From the IMG/VR virus record IMGVR_UViG_3300045988_087184: DNA of 64,000 nucleotides. One strand, written 5' to 3'. Positions 45,492 through 54,838 of this stretch are shown piece after piece. The notes under the pieces were generated by a model. That model did no database searches. It had not been told where the DNA came from and was given only the letters and a program-made list of their open reading frames with translations. The number at the start of each line of letters is the position of its first letter. Within the stretch, counting starts at the first letter, position 1. This DNA is from a virus. A program made the translations under genes and the position numbers.

Positions 45492-46136
45492 CTACTTCTT
45501 ATCAGAAGAGCCGTAGCCGTTATCGCCACGCTCTGTTTTGTTTAACTCATCCGTCTCTATAAACATGATGTTGTCACAAGTTTCAAGATGAAATTGTACC
45601 ACTTTGTCACCAACCTTATATCGCGGCATTTTTGGAAATACGTGATAGAAGACAGCAGAAATCTCGCCTGTATAATTGTCTATTGTACCAATACCATTAC
45701 TAAGAATCATTCCTGTATTACATATAGAAGAACGTGAACGAAATGTAAAACATCTTGAAATGTCAACAGGTTTCTTTTGGTCTTCAATCTGTAAAGCGAA
45801 TCCTAGACCATACTTCCATACATTAGGGTAAATCTCTATTTCTGATACAGCATAGCAGTCGTAGCAGAAATCATCATCGTGCGCCTTAGTTGGCATAATA
45901 GCATTCTCGTCCGTTTTCTTAAACAAGACTGGTTCACCAACAACTTCGGTAAACCGGTTCATTATTACACCTCCAACATTAACTTTACCGTAGAAAATAT
46001 CAGCAGGGCGAGTCCAAACCTTGCGCTCCCCATAGAGAGCCTGATAAACAACTTCTTTCTCCTGAGTTTCACTATTTGTAACCTCAGTGATAAATCTGTA
46101 ATAACCTCCTTTGAAATGTCTAAAAATCTTTTCCAT
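45492..46136 (-). CDS. dut: DUF1653-dUTPase fusion protein
   Basis: The N-terminal HFKGGYYRF...VVYQALYGERKVWTRP is DUF1653-like. The C-terminal GIGTIDNYTGEISAVFYH is a dUTPase motif. Confidence 0.65.
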   Translation of the reverse strand: MEKIFRHFKGGYYRFITEVTNSETQEKEVVYQALYGERKVWTRPADIFYGKVNVGGVIMNRFTEVVGEPVLFKKTDENAIMPTKAHDDDFCYDCYAVSEIEIYPNVWKYGLGFALQIEDQKKPVDISRCFTFRSRSSICNTGMILSNGIGTIDNYTGEISAVFYHVFPKMPRYKVGDKVVQFHLETCDNIMFIETDELNKTERGDNGYGSSDKK

Positions 46137-46151
46137 TTAAATATTTAAAGT

Positions 46152-46280
46152 TTAAAATTCATGTTCATCACATACTTGGTCGCAAGATGATTCGTGCTCG
46201 TTATTACCGCACCATCCTACGCCGTAAACGTCTTCGTTGTCAAACCAATGGCAGTTGCCGCAACATCTTTTTTTTTCCAT
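46152..46280 (-). CDS. small Cys-rich protein (42 aa)
   Basis: Hand-translated ORF MEKKRCCGNCHWFDNED...CDQVCDEHEF. Confidence 0.4.
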   Translation of the reverse strand: MEKKRCCGNCHWFDNEDVYGVGWCGNNEHESSCDQVCDEHEF

Positions 46281-46371
46281 ATTACTGATGTTTTATCACT
46301 TCCAAATACTTCCACTTTGCGAATCGGTATGAATTGTATATTTTTACTATCACAAACGTTTTTATCCATAA

Positions 46372-46767
46372 CTATTCCTCCACATTTACGCAAAATGGAG
46401 TGCCATCAGCAAATGTACAGTATTTAAATGTTGAATTAAAATCATCGCCTTCATTTACATGAAAAATTTGTTCATACCCCTCTTCTGTTTTAACCCACCC
46501 AAAAGGTTGGTGTTTCAACATCTCCTGCCAGCACTCATTTGCATCCTTGAATGGACTGTACTTTGGCTCTGGCTTGATTCGGTAATCCACGTTTACCCAA
46601 TATTCCAGTTCCTTCATTTCAGTCCAATCATTGAACTCAAACCAACCATCTTTTGTTACTCCGTTGTTGTCTGCGGTTGGTTTTCTTCTTGTTTCTATTA
46701 TCTTTCCTTCTGCAAAAGCTTGCAGAATAGGATAAAACGCTTTAGCTTCTTCTCTTGTCATACTCAA
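46372..46767 (-). CDS. hypothetical protein (131 aa)
   Basis: Track ORF in the packed leftward array. Confidence 0.55.
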   Translation of the reverse strand: MSMTREEAKAFYPILQAFAEGKIIETRRKPTADNNGVTKDGWFEFNDWTEMKELEYWVNVDYRIKPEPKYSPFKDANECWQEMLKHQPFGWVKTEEGYEQIFHVNEGDDFNSTFKYCTFADGTPFCVNVEE

Positions 46768-47111
46768 TCCTCCAATTTATCAATTTTACGAAAATGGGTG
46801 ATAGGAAAGCAATTTAATGGTTTTGTAAAACCATTCTTATCCGTCTCAACCCAGCTTTCTTTTGTTCTATACGAGAACCAAATTTCATCAGGCTCATTTT
46901 TATTGCACACAAGTACGTCCTCTTCATAAGGAGGAAGCTCATCCGCAACAGATACCCAGTCTGACTTATTTACTTCTACGCCAATCAGCGCAATTTTGCT
47001 TGCTATATTCGCTAAAGTTAGGCTTAAAAGGACATCATCAGTTCTGCTTATAGCTTCTTTGATATTGGTTAGCACATCAAGTGATAACTCTTTAACTTTC
47101 TTCTTATTCAT
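46764..47111 (-). CDS. DUF551-like protein
   Basis: WVSVADELPPYEEDVLV pattern. Confidence 0.5.
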   Translation of the reverse strand: MNKKKVKELSLDVLTNIKEAISRTDDVLLSLTLANIASKIALIGVEVNKSDWVSVADELPPYEEDVLVCNKNEPDEIWFSYRTKESWVETDKNGFTKPLNCFPITHFRKIDKLED

Positions 47112-47236
47112 CTTCCAACTCTTTAAGTGCCATTACTAGACCAATAGTAACAATTACAAGAAAGATTCCTAATTTTAATAAAATTATCATATTCTCTTCT
47201 TTTTACCCTCTCCTGTAAAAGGGAGAGGGTGGTTAG

Positions 47237-47440
47237 TTACTCAACATCTTCAAACTCAGAGGTAATTTCCTCGTCTGACTTCTTTTTGAAATCAAAGTAA
47301 GATTCCGTTTCATCGTCATACTCGCAACTAAGGCTAACATCATAGCCATCCCAGTTGTCAACTCCACCTGCTTCCAACAAGTCTAACTTGTATTCAGCTT
47401 TAAGAAGCTCTGCCAAACGTTCTGTACTAATCTTCTTCAT
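47237..47440 (-). CDS. hypothetical acidic protein (67 aa)
   Basis: Track ORF. Confidence 0.5.
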   Translation of the reverse strand: MKKISTERLAELLKAEYKLDLLEAGGVDNWDGYDVSLSCEYDDETESYFDFKKKSDEEITSEFEDVE

Positions 47441-47472
47441 TATTACGTATATTTGTATCCTTTGCAGGATGG

Positions 47473-47628
47473 TTAATCATAAAGTATAACACAATCATCA
47501 TATACTGATACACTATCAACATTCATGGGTTGCCCATTTTCTTGTGTACCATGAGAATAAGGGAAGTTGACTTCCATAGTCTTATCCTCTACCTTTGATA
47601 ATTCGTTAATCAATTCTTCTACTGTCAT
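47473..47628 (-). CDS. small paralog family member (51 aa)
   Basis: Hand-translated ORF MTVEELINELSKVEDK... with a conserved junction element upstream. Confidence 0.45.
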   Translation of the reverse strand: MTVEELINELSKVEDKTMEVNFPYSHGTQENGQPMNVDSVSVYDDCVILYD

Positions 47629-47655
47629 ATTCTATCTATTTATGCCCAAAAGCGA

Positions 47656-47811
47656 TTAGGATTTAACTATATAAAGTTGTTCATAAACAGTAGATTTCAC
47701 AACGACAGGTTCAGAACCTAAGTCGTTATCATCTATCTTGATGGCAATTTCCATATCACCCTCTTCATCATAAATATCTTGAAGCTGTTGTATAAACTTA
47801 CTTATTGTCAT
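47656..47811 (-). CDS. small paralog family member (51 aa)
   Basis: Hand-translated ORF MTISKFIQQLQDIYDEEGDMEIAIKIDDND... Confidence 0.45.
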   Translation of the reverse strand: MTISKFIQQLQDIYDEEGDMEIAIKIDDNDLGSEPVVVKSTVYEQLYIVKS

Positions 47812-47836
47812 ACGCTTTATTTTATGCCAGAAGGCG

Positions 47837-48061
47837 TTAACCTAACATATTATTAATGTTTAGATACTCCACATTCTCACCTAATTTTTCAACGTTAAAG
47901 AAGCCAGAGTTTGAAACAGTTCCATCATCGTCATATATCTTTGTGACGTGTATTGTATCTATATGACAACAATCATCATCGCTTATCTCAAAAGCAATAG
48001 GTAAGTCTCCGTGTTTTGCCTTTATTTTCTCTAAGCTTTTGACCAAATCACTTATTTTCAT
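47837..48061 (-). CDS. small paralog family member (74 aa)
   Basis: Track ORF MKISDLVKSLEKIKAKHGDLPIAFEISDDD... Confidence 0.55.
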   Translation of the reverse strand: MKISDLVKSLEKIKAKHGDLPIAFEISDDDCCHIDTIHVTKIYDDDGTVSNSGFFNVEKLGENVEYLNINNMLG

Positions 48062-48088
48062 ACTAATATCTTTTATTGCCCGAAGGCG

Positions 48089-48322
48089 TTAAACACTATT
48101 TTCCTTGATTATAAACTGACTTAAATCCACCTCCTTGTGAATAAGGACGTTTACAGCCTTTAAACCATCTATGAGAAGTTCCAACTGTTCTTTGTCGATA
48201 AAGAACAATCTTCTTGCTATCTTCCCATCTTCGTAAGCACCGAGAAGAACTCTATCGTCTATAACTTCTATGTTCATAAATGGATTGTTCTTTGACGTTA
48301 TATCCAAGCTATATTTGCTCAT
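48089..48322 (-). CDS. hypothetical protein (77 aa)
   Basis: Track ORF. Confidence 0.5.
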   Translation of the reverse strand: MSKYSLDITSKNNPFMNIEVIDDRVLLGAYEDGKIARRLFFIDKEQLELLIDGLKAVNVLIHKEVDLSQFIIKENSV

Positions 48323-48337
48323 ACCCTACACCTCCAT

Positions 48338-48724
48338 TTATGAGTTGATTTTTAAGCCAAATAGAAGGTGCTGGAGTTCGTGAATATACTTTATTGTAAA
48401 AAGCATGGTATTTTCATTTATGTAAGTGTATATACCATCTTCTGTAAATTCAAGTACTACATAATTTGCATTTTTTATCTTTAAAGCATACTTACCATTT
48501 ACAGACCTCCATCTATTCTTCTCTAGAATCTCAGGAGTGATAGGAATTGGATGAACAGCATTATTACTAATAGAGTATGTTGTACTACTATCATTTAACA
48601 TGACTACCTTAACAAAGCCACCACTCAATGAAGATATTACTTTAAATATTTTATCTTTAGCAAATTGAAGTGCTGACTTCTTTACCATTACCAAATCTCC
48701 TGGAATGTATTCTAACTCATCCAT
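48338..48724 (-). CDS. hypothetical protein (128 aa)
   Basis: Track ORF. Confidence 0.5.
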   Translation of the reverse strand: MDELEYIPGDLVMVKKSALQFAKDKIFKVISSLSGGFVKVVMLNDSSTTYSISNNAVHPIPITPEILEKNRWRSVNGKYALKIKNANYVVLEFTEDGIYTYINENTMLFTIKYIHELQHLLFGLKINS

Positions 48725-48729
48725 ACGCT

Positions 48730-48897
48730 TTACTTAACTTCTTTAAAAATTACATCCTTACCATCAGAACGCATATCCTTAAAACATTGATAAGGGCATC
48801 CTTCTTTGTCAGTAAAGAAACAACCTTCACATGTATCACCTTGCTCAACAACTTCAAGAGTAACGGTTACTCTTTCACCAACTTTAAGCTCTTTCAT
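48730..48897 (-). CDS. small Cys-rich protein (55 aa)
   Basis: Hand-translated ORF MKELKVGERV...CEGCFFTDKEGCPYQCF. Confidence 0.4.
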   Translation of the reverse strand: MKELKVGERVTVTLEVVEQGDTCEGCFFTDKEGCPYQCFKDMRSDGKDVIFKEVK

Positions 48898-48898
48898 A

Positions 48899-49228
48899 CT
48901 AATTTCCTCCTAATTCAATATAAACTTTTTCCAACACTTCTAACGGATAGTCATTCAGATTGAGATTATGTATTCTATGAATGATAATTCGTTTACGGTA
49001 TTCTAATTCTATTGCCTTTATCTGCTCCTCATATTTAGGTATTTCAATTCTATGAGAGCAGATATAAGATGATACTCCGTATTCAAATCCGTTAGACTTC
49101 ATATATATAATATTGTTTACAACGACAAAAGTTTTTGTTATTCTTTCAACAATAGCAATTCTTCTGTTGTTACATTCGTCGTAAACAACAACCTTATCAC
49201 CAGCCACCAAATCTTTAAGTTCTTTCAT
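48899..49228 (-). CDS. hypothetical protein (109 aa)
   Basis: Track ORF. Confidence 0.5.
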   Translation of the reverse strand: MKELKDLVAGDKVVVYDECNNRRIAIVERITKTFVVVNNIIYMKSNGFEYGVSSYICSHRIEIPKYEEQIKAIELEYRKRIIIHRIHNLNLNDYPLEVLEKVYIELGGN

Positions 49229-49605
49229 TGCTCACCTCCTTCTTTTGGCAGTATGTCAGATAAATAAGCCCACTTGATGATTTGGCATCTGCTAATAGAA
49301 TGTCTCCAAGATTCCTCATTCCAAAGAATGGATTCTTTAAATTGTAAATAAGCATCGTTATCAAAACCAAGGGTAATAATATCGCTCTTGCTCTTATCTG
49401 GCTCTTCTGTATTTGGATGCCACAAGTCCTTAATAAATTCATTGATAGCCCACTTAGCACCTAGTCCAATAGCTTCTTTGATGTCCCCCTCATAGAACAT
49501 TTCTTCCTTTTCATCATTGTTGAAGACTATCTCTTCGCCATTTAACAGAAATCTATCTTCATAGATTTCTTCCTTGGCAGCTTCTATTTTCTTATCGTCT
49601 ATCAT
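49225..49605 (-). CDS. hypothetical protein (126 aa)
   Basis: Track ORF with a 4-nt overlap to its neighbour. Confidence 0.5.
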   Translation of the reverse strand: MIDDKKIEAAKEEIYEDRFLLNGEEIVFNNDEKEEMFYEGDIKEAIGLGAKWAINEFIKDLWHPNTEEPDKSKSDIITLGFDNDAYLQFKESILWNEESWRHSISRCQIIKWAYLSDILPKEGGEQ

Positions 49606-49608
49606 AAC

Positions 49609-49869
49609 TTACTTCTCCTTTAAACGTTCTATTAGTTTATCTGCGATTTTGATGGCAGAATTAACAACACTGTCATACGTAGAGTTAGGACGTTGTACAA
49701 GACCTGCTGCAACATCTTTTGCTATCTCATATCTTCTCTGCTCCCAAATGTTTTCTTCGTTATCATTATTCTGGGTAAAGCTTGAACAAAGTATTACATC
49801 CTCCTCATTTTGATTGGGTCTTTTGCTACAAAAAAAATATCTGGAGCAGTAACTACATAATCCTTTCAT
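49609..49869 (-). CDS. hypothetical protein (86 aa)
   Basis: Track ORF. Confidence 0.5.
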   Translation of the reverse strand: MKGLCSYCSRYFFCSKRPNQNEEDVILCSSFTQNNDNEENIWEQRRYEIAKDVAAGLVQRPNSTYDSVVNSAIKIADKLIERLKEK

Positions 49870-50900
49870 CCCTCACCTCCTTTCCACTCATCAGTCGTTC
49901 CTAGTAGATGTGCTGTCTCTTCGTTGTAAGGAATACAATACTTACGACTAAATCCGATACAACGAAAAGGATATTGTGATTCTTCTCTATAATGAGAAAA
50001 GAGTTCAGCTTCCCATACATCATCTTTCTCATTTCGCCCCAACACTTTATCGAATGGCTTAAACTTGCACTTAGGCTTCAAGTCCACCATAGTTTTCTTC
50101 TCAGCATCCCAAGTCTTGCCTTTCTTTGCGAGAGCATCAAAGAGTTGCTGCTTCTCGGAGTCTGTTGCTGAGCGGAGGCTATAATGAACTTTTGTATTAC
50201 CATATTCAGCTTCAGTAAATTTATTGTCAGCATTATAGAAAGCATAGTAAAAGGCTCTTTCGTCTCCATCTTTATATTCACCTTTTAAGATGAAAATACA
50301 ATTTGCAAAAAGTTTACTTTTAATTCCTTTCATAAACACTATATCTCCATCCTTGAACTCTGGTTGATTATTCTCAATCTCCAAAGTGGTGAGGTTTAGC
50401 TTACCACCATTATCCTCCTCAATATCGCGGATATATTGCCTGATGCACGCCTCATTTGTAACCTTGTGCCAATCCTCTACTTCGAAGGTAGTACCTCTAC
50501 TCTTAGGGATTACAAACTTTGCATCAAACCTAGTATAATCGTCATTTGCCCACTTATCGAAGATGCATAATGCGCCAAAAGCGCCAGCTAGCACATCACC
50601 CTTCTTCCAGGAGAACACAGACCAGTCACGCATTCCTTTTGAAGGAAGGAGAATCTGTAAACCATCAAGCCAACCTCCTTCTGTACCTAATTTTGAATAA
50701 TCAAACTTAATAGTACTGCCTACTTCATTAGTTGATATGCATTCAATATAATTCCCAACGTCTGTTATATGAACTTTATCTAACTCAACATCTATATTGC
50801 GTAATAAGTCATATAGCTTAGTCCCTTGCGGCTTATCTTTAAGGATCCACGCTATGTCTATTTTTGTTTCCATATTATTATACTCTTTTGAATTGAACAT
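49866..50900 (-). CDS. hypothetical protein (344 aa)
   Basis: Track ORF with no recognisable domain. Confidence 0.55.
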   Translation of the reverse strand: MFNSKEYNNMETKIDIAWILKDKPQGTKLYDLLRNIDVELDKVHITDVGNYIECISTNEVGSTIKFDYSKLGTEGGWLDGLQILLPSKGMRDWSVFSWKKGDVLAGAFGALCIFDKWANDDYTRFDAKFVIPKSRGTTFEVEDWHKVTNEACIRQYIRDIEEDNGGKLNLTTLEIENNQPEFKDGDIVFMKGIKSKLFANCIFILKGEYKDGDERAFYYAFYNADNKFTEAEYGNTKVHYSLRSATDSEKQQLFDALAKKGKTWDAEKKTMVDLKPKCKFKPFDKVLGRNEKDDVWEAELFSHYREESQYPFRCIGFSRKYCIPYNEETAHLLGTTDEWKGGEG

Positions 50901-50936
50901 TCTTTCCGTCTTTTCTAATGCTTGCGCTACAGTTAG

Positions 50937-51344
50937 TTACACCTCATCATTGTATTTATAGACAAGTCCGACAACCAACTTGACAAGCTCATTGTTCGTC
51001 ATAACTCTTGTGTCAGTATTACCAAGTCTCAGCTCATCAATGATACGTTCTGCAACCTTCTGAATGTGCCCCATCTTAGACAGAGGGAAACGCTCAATGT
51101 CGGCAGCCTTGTCAAGATGGAAGCTCTCACGAAGATAAGTGCCACGGATAACACCACAAATTGACGGGCGTTTTGTTACTACCCATACACCTTCATCTAA
51201 CTCGTGACATATACGCATACACACAGGCTCGTATCTGCCATTTACCTTACCATACAAGGTATTTGATATGTCGTTCTCAGGAATCTTGTATTCCTGATAG
51301 CGACCTTTACTGTTCTTTGTGTACAGCGTTGGAATCTTTTTCAT
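50937..51344 (-). CDS. hypothetical protein (135 aa)
   Basis: Track ORF. Confidence 0.5.
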   Translation of the reverse strand: MKKIPTLYTKNSKGRYQEYKIPENDISNTLYGKVNGRYEPVCMRICHELDEGVWVVTKRPSICGVIRGTYLRESFHLDKAADIERFPLSKMGHIQKVAERIIDELRLGNTDTRVMTNNELVKLVVGLVYKYNDEV

Positions 51345-52299
51345 TTTTCTTACGTTTTAAGTTAGCTATTCTAGTTTCTCTAAGATACTCCTCAGATTTC
51401 TTCAATCCGAGTTTATTAGCTTGCTTAGTAACCTCATAAACGCTTCTGCCGAGGATCCTGGCAATCTGTTTATTCGAAGTGTTAGAATAAGCGACCCTCA
51501 ATGCCCTTACGTGAGTCTCGTTCCAAGGAGTACCGGTATTATCCTGCTCATTCTCCAGAAATTCGCCGTCAGCATTAAGGTTGAAGCCGTTGAGGATACA
51601 GGCATTCGCCAGAGCTTTCTCGGCACGTTTCAAGTCGAGTACCTTCTGACCGATAATCTCGAAGCCGAGGTTGAACTTGTCCGGGCATTCAGAGAAGACT
51701 TCCTTGTCAACCTTGACCGGGTAGAGAATTTCCATAGCATTGCGCATGCGAGCATGAACTCCACGAATAGGATTCGTGAAGCGTTCTGCGATGTTGACGG
51801 CATGAATACCGTTATACTTATCCATCATCTCAGCAAAGCGTTCTACTGAGCTTACAAGCATACTGCTCATCAGTTCAGACATCAGAAGCATTGTGTACAT
51901 TTTATGCTCTTTGACGTGATGCTTGTGGAACTGATTATCGATGGCATAGAAGCATTTCTGCACGTCCAGTTTCAAGTCATCCTCGATGTTATCAGTCATA
52001 TCCAGCCAGAGTTCGGACATACCGCATTCCTTCATATAGTACATAAAGACATCGATGAGTTCGTCAGAGCACTCCTTTGCCTCTGTAATTCTCTTCTTTG
52101 CCTCGAAGCGGAAGATTTTCTTGTTCTCCTTGATGAGGTTGTATGTGTCTGTAATCTGGGTCTGAACGATTGTGGCGAAACCACCGACCATGGAATAGAA
52201 GAGCATATAGAAGCGATTCACCTGCTCTTCGGTTGGTACTTTGACCGGAATTCTAGCCAATACCGGTCTAGAGAAGTTTGGATCCCATCCTGTCTGCAT
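51307..52299 (-). CDS. hypothetical protein with C-terminal HTH (330 aa)
   Basis: The C-terminal SNKQIARILGRSVYEVTKQANKLG resembles a sigma region-4 or Myb-type HTH. Confidence 0.5.
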   Translation of the reverse strand: MQTGWDPNFSRPVLARIPVKVPTEEQVNRFYMLFYSMVGGFATIVQTQITDTYNLIKENKKIFRFEAKKRITEAKECSDELIDVFMYYMKECGMSELWLDMTDNIEDDLKLDVQKCFYAIDNQFHKHHVKEHKMYTMLLMSELMSSMLVSSVERFAEMMDKYNGIHAVNIAERFTNPIRGVHARMRNAMEILYPVKVDKEVFSECPDKFNLGFEIIGQKVLDLKRAEKALANACILNGFNLNADGEFLENEQDNTGTPWNETHVRALRVAYSNTSNKQIARILGRSVYEVTKQANKLGLKKSEEYLRETRIANLKRKKNEKDSNAVHKEQ

Positions 52300-52300
52300 G

Positions 52301-52459
52301 CTACACCTCCCTCTCTACTGCCAATGCGCAACTGATACAGAAGACCATCAGGAGCGAAAGGAAAACGTGTTCAACCATAAAACAGATGAATCCGTAACCT
52401 GCGATGAATGCTGCGATAACGAGCAGGATCATTACTATTGTATGTTTGTATTTCTTCAT
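52301..52459 (-). CDS. small membrane protein (52 aa)
   Basis: Hand-translated ORF with two hydrophobic helices. Confidence 0.4.
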   Translation of the reverse strand: MKKYKHTIVMILLVIAAFIAGYGFICFMVEHVFLSLLMVFCISCALAVEREV

Positions 52460-52460
52460 A

Positions 52461-52748
52461 TTACTTTGATTTAATGTTTCCGTATGCAGCCATATAGCTA
52501 TCGAGCTGCTGTGTTGCGCGTACCAGTTTCTGATTGTAGCTATCTCGCTCTGCCCTAGCCTTAGAGATAAAAACGAAGCTAACGATGATTGATATTACTA
52601 CCGTTATCACGATGAACAACCAGGGCAGCTTGTGAACCGCCTTATTGATTGCTCTTCCTAGGTTTCTCACAATAACCCAGGAGTATATCCAGATGAACAC
52701 GACCGCCTGCTTTGTGGTTGCGTTCTCAATACGTTCTTTCTGTGTCAT
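52461..52748 (-). CDS. membrane protein (95 aa)
   Basis: Track ORF with two hydrophobic helices. Confidence 0.5.
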   Translation of the reverse strand: MTQKERIENATTKQAVVFIWIYSWVIVRNLGRAINKAVHKLPWLFIVITVVISIIVSFVFISKARAERDSYNQKLVRATQQLDSYMAAYGNIKSK

Positions 52749-52866
52749 AATTCTAAAAAATTACTTGGTTCGGTTGCACTAGTTATCGGTAGATTGCCAA
52801 TAACCGGCCATCCATATTTCTTTCTTTGTCGCATCAGGGTGCTCGTTAAGCCAATCCTCTGCCTGC

Positions 52867-53532
52867 TTACTTACGTCCGCCATCTTTATTACGTTTTGAT
52901 TCTCTTTCAAGCTTCTTGTTCAAAACCTCAAGAGGAGATTTCTTAATATCAATACCTTTCAGTCGGCAGTACTCTTCATAAGATACGGCGTTTCTCCTAG
53001 CTTCTTCGTCCGCTTCCTTCTGACGTAATACATTCTTTTGGCTCTCAATCTCGGCTCTCTTCTCGTACACCTTACACATGTACCTTTCGAGAGCGATGAA
53101 TAACTTCTGTGGATTTACAGTCCTGCCGACATAAATCTCACCGTACTCACCCATGGAGAATTCATAGAAGAATCGTGTAAGCTCTCCTGGAGATACATGG
53201 TAATATTCCTGTCTGATACGCTGTGCAATCGCCTTGAACTGATAAGGAGTAGTAGCATCGAATGCACCTATAACCATAAACAGGTCAATAACCATTGTTT
53301 TGATCCACCATTCGCTTGCTCCTTCCTTGAAATACTTGTCGATTTCCACAAACGAAAGTCCGCCGTTCTTTACAGAGTCATACACCGTAGGAACGCTGCT
53401 GATTCTCTTTTGAAGAGTCGGGTATTTATTCAAGAACAAAGCGTATTGCGCGCCAAATTCCTCGATTGCCTTTTTGTACTCATCCGGCAAGGATTGAGTT
53501 GATTTTGTTGAAAGTTCGTTGCTGCTGTTCAT
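52867..53532 (-). CDS. hypothetical protein (221 aa)
   Basis: Track ORF. Confidence 0.5.
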   Translation of the reverse strand: MNSSNELSTKSTQSLPDEYKKAIEEFGAQYALFLNKYPTLQKRISSVPTVYDSVKNGGLSFVEIDKYFKEGASEWWIKTMVIDLFMVIGAFDATTPYQFKAIAQRIRQEYYHVSPGELTRFFYEFSMGEYGEIYVGRTVNPQKLFIALERYMCKVYEKRAEIESQKNVLRQKEADEEARRNAVSYEEYCRLKGIDIKKSPLEVLNKKLERESKRNKDGGRK

Positions 53533-53893
53533 AACTATTTACACTATTATTTTTAGGAGCAAACAACCCAGTGTAGTTGTTGCCCATTGAGTACTCCACG
53601 ATTACCTTAGCGTATTCGGGATTTCCGTTTGACAACTGTAAAAGCTTTTTTTTGAGAGCTGCAAGCCCACGAGGCTTGTAAGTCTGATGCTTCTCTTTCT
53701 TATATGCAAGCCACATATCAAGAGCCTCACGGCAAGGATAGCTTTCCTCTTGCTTTTGCTCTGTAGTAATCTCGAAATCCTTTAGGTCATTTCCTAATGA
53801 GAATGCTGCACCCATTAAAAATATTCTCTGTTTTTCCATATCATTTGGAAACAACTCACTCGACTTCAGTCTAATTTCTTTAGATAACATCAT
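53480..53893 (-). CDS. DnaD/replisome-organizer-like domain protein
   Basis: ALDMWLAYKKEKHQTYKPRGLAAL...VEYSMGNNYTGLF resembles the DnaD C-terminal domain pattern. Confidence 0.4.
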   Translation of the reverse strand: MMLSKEIRLKSSELFPNDMEKQRIFLMGAAFSLGNDLKDFEITTEQKQEESYPCREALDMWLAYKKEKHQTYKPRGLAALKKKLLQLSNGNPEYAKVIVEYSMGNNYTGLFAPKNNSVNSYEQQQRTFNKINSILAG

Positions 53894-53896
53894 TGT

Positions 53897-54334
53897 TTAT
53901 AAATATTGTTTGGAATTCAGAATATCATGTTCGATGTGCAGAAGAGCTATATACTCTTCAGAAGAGGGAATATAAATACCGGCTACGTTGCTAGCCCAGT
54001 TTCTGAAACGTTCGATAGCCTCAGACAACTCTTCTTTCGTAAGCTTTGCGGTCGATATTACGTATTCCCTATCTGTTCCGAGCAGATCATCGTGCTTCTT
54101 CCGCACGAACAAGTCTCTATTGACAATCCTCTTGAAGTAACAGGTCTTGACTTCATCTAGAGTGTTGCCGGTCTGTAAGCCGAAGTAAGCGAGGATTGTA
54201 TGAAGGTACTTCAACTGCTGAAGTGCTTTTGCCTTCTTTTCCACGACCTCTACCATACTCTGCTTTTCAATCAGCTTCTCTATCTTCAGTCTGAGATTCT
54301 GTACTTCAAGAGGATTCTTGGTATTATACATCAT
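53897..54334 (-). CDS. hypothetical protein (145 aa)
   Basis: Track ORF. Confidence 0.5.
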   Translation of the reverse strand: MMYNTKNPLEVQNLRLKIEKLIEKQSMVEVVEKKAKALQQLKYLHTILAYFGLQTGNTLDEVKTCYFKRIVNRDLFVRKKHDDLLGTDREYVISTAKLTKEELSEAIERFRNWASNVAGIYIPSSEEYIALLHIEHDILNSKQYL

Positions 54335-54385
54335 ACTATTTCTGCGTTGAATGTATCTTTAATCAGTTTCAGCTTGACCGCCAGA

Positions 54386-54838
54386 TCAGAAGGGTAAATT
54401 ATCAGCTTGCCCTGCCGGTGCTCCTGGCTGCTGTGCCGGTGGAAACGGATTGTTTGGATTCATCGGGTTTGGTGCTCCAGCCATAGCTGCCTGTTGTGCT
54501 GCTTGTGCCGCCTGTGCGCCAGCCTGAGGATTCATATTGTAGCCACCCTGCATAGGAGCCTGCTGACCGCCCTGGCGAACGACCCTCCAAGCATTTACCG
54601 AGTTCCACCATTTTCCATTAAACTCACGGGCATTGATGTCAAATAATACTGTCACTTCCTCACCAACCTGCAAGTTAAACTCTGTGATTTTGTCGCCAAG
54701 AACATCAAAAGCGACCCTCTTTGGGTACTGCTCGTGTGTTTCGATGACCGCAGTTTGTGAACTCCATTGTGTTCCTCGTGCAGATGTTCCGCTTTTTGTC
54801 GGCAACACTGCGATAATTTTTCCTGTTATGTCTGCCAT
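54386..54838 (-). CDS. ssb: single-stranded DNA-binding protein-like (DUF3127-type OB fold)
   Basis: The N-terminal ITGKIIAVLP...QYPKRVAFDV...FNGKWWN, a Q/P/G-rich linker and the SSB-type acidic tip DNLPF. Confidence 0.7.
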   Translation of the reverse strand: MADITGKIIAVLPTKSGTSARGTQWSSQTAVIETHEQYPKRVAFDVLGDKITEFNLQVGEEVTVLFDINAREFNGKWWNSVNAWRVVRQGGQQAPMQGGYNMNPQAGAQAAQAAQQAAMAGAPNPMNPNNPFPPAQQPGAPAGQADNLPF

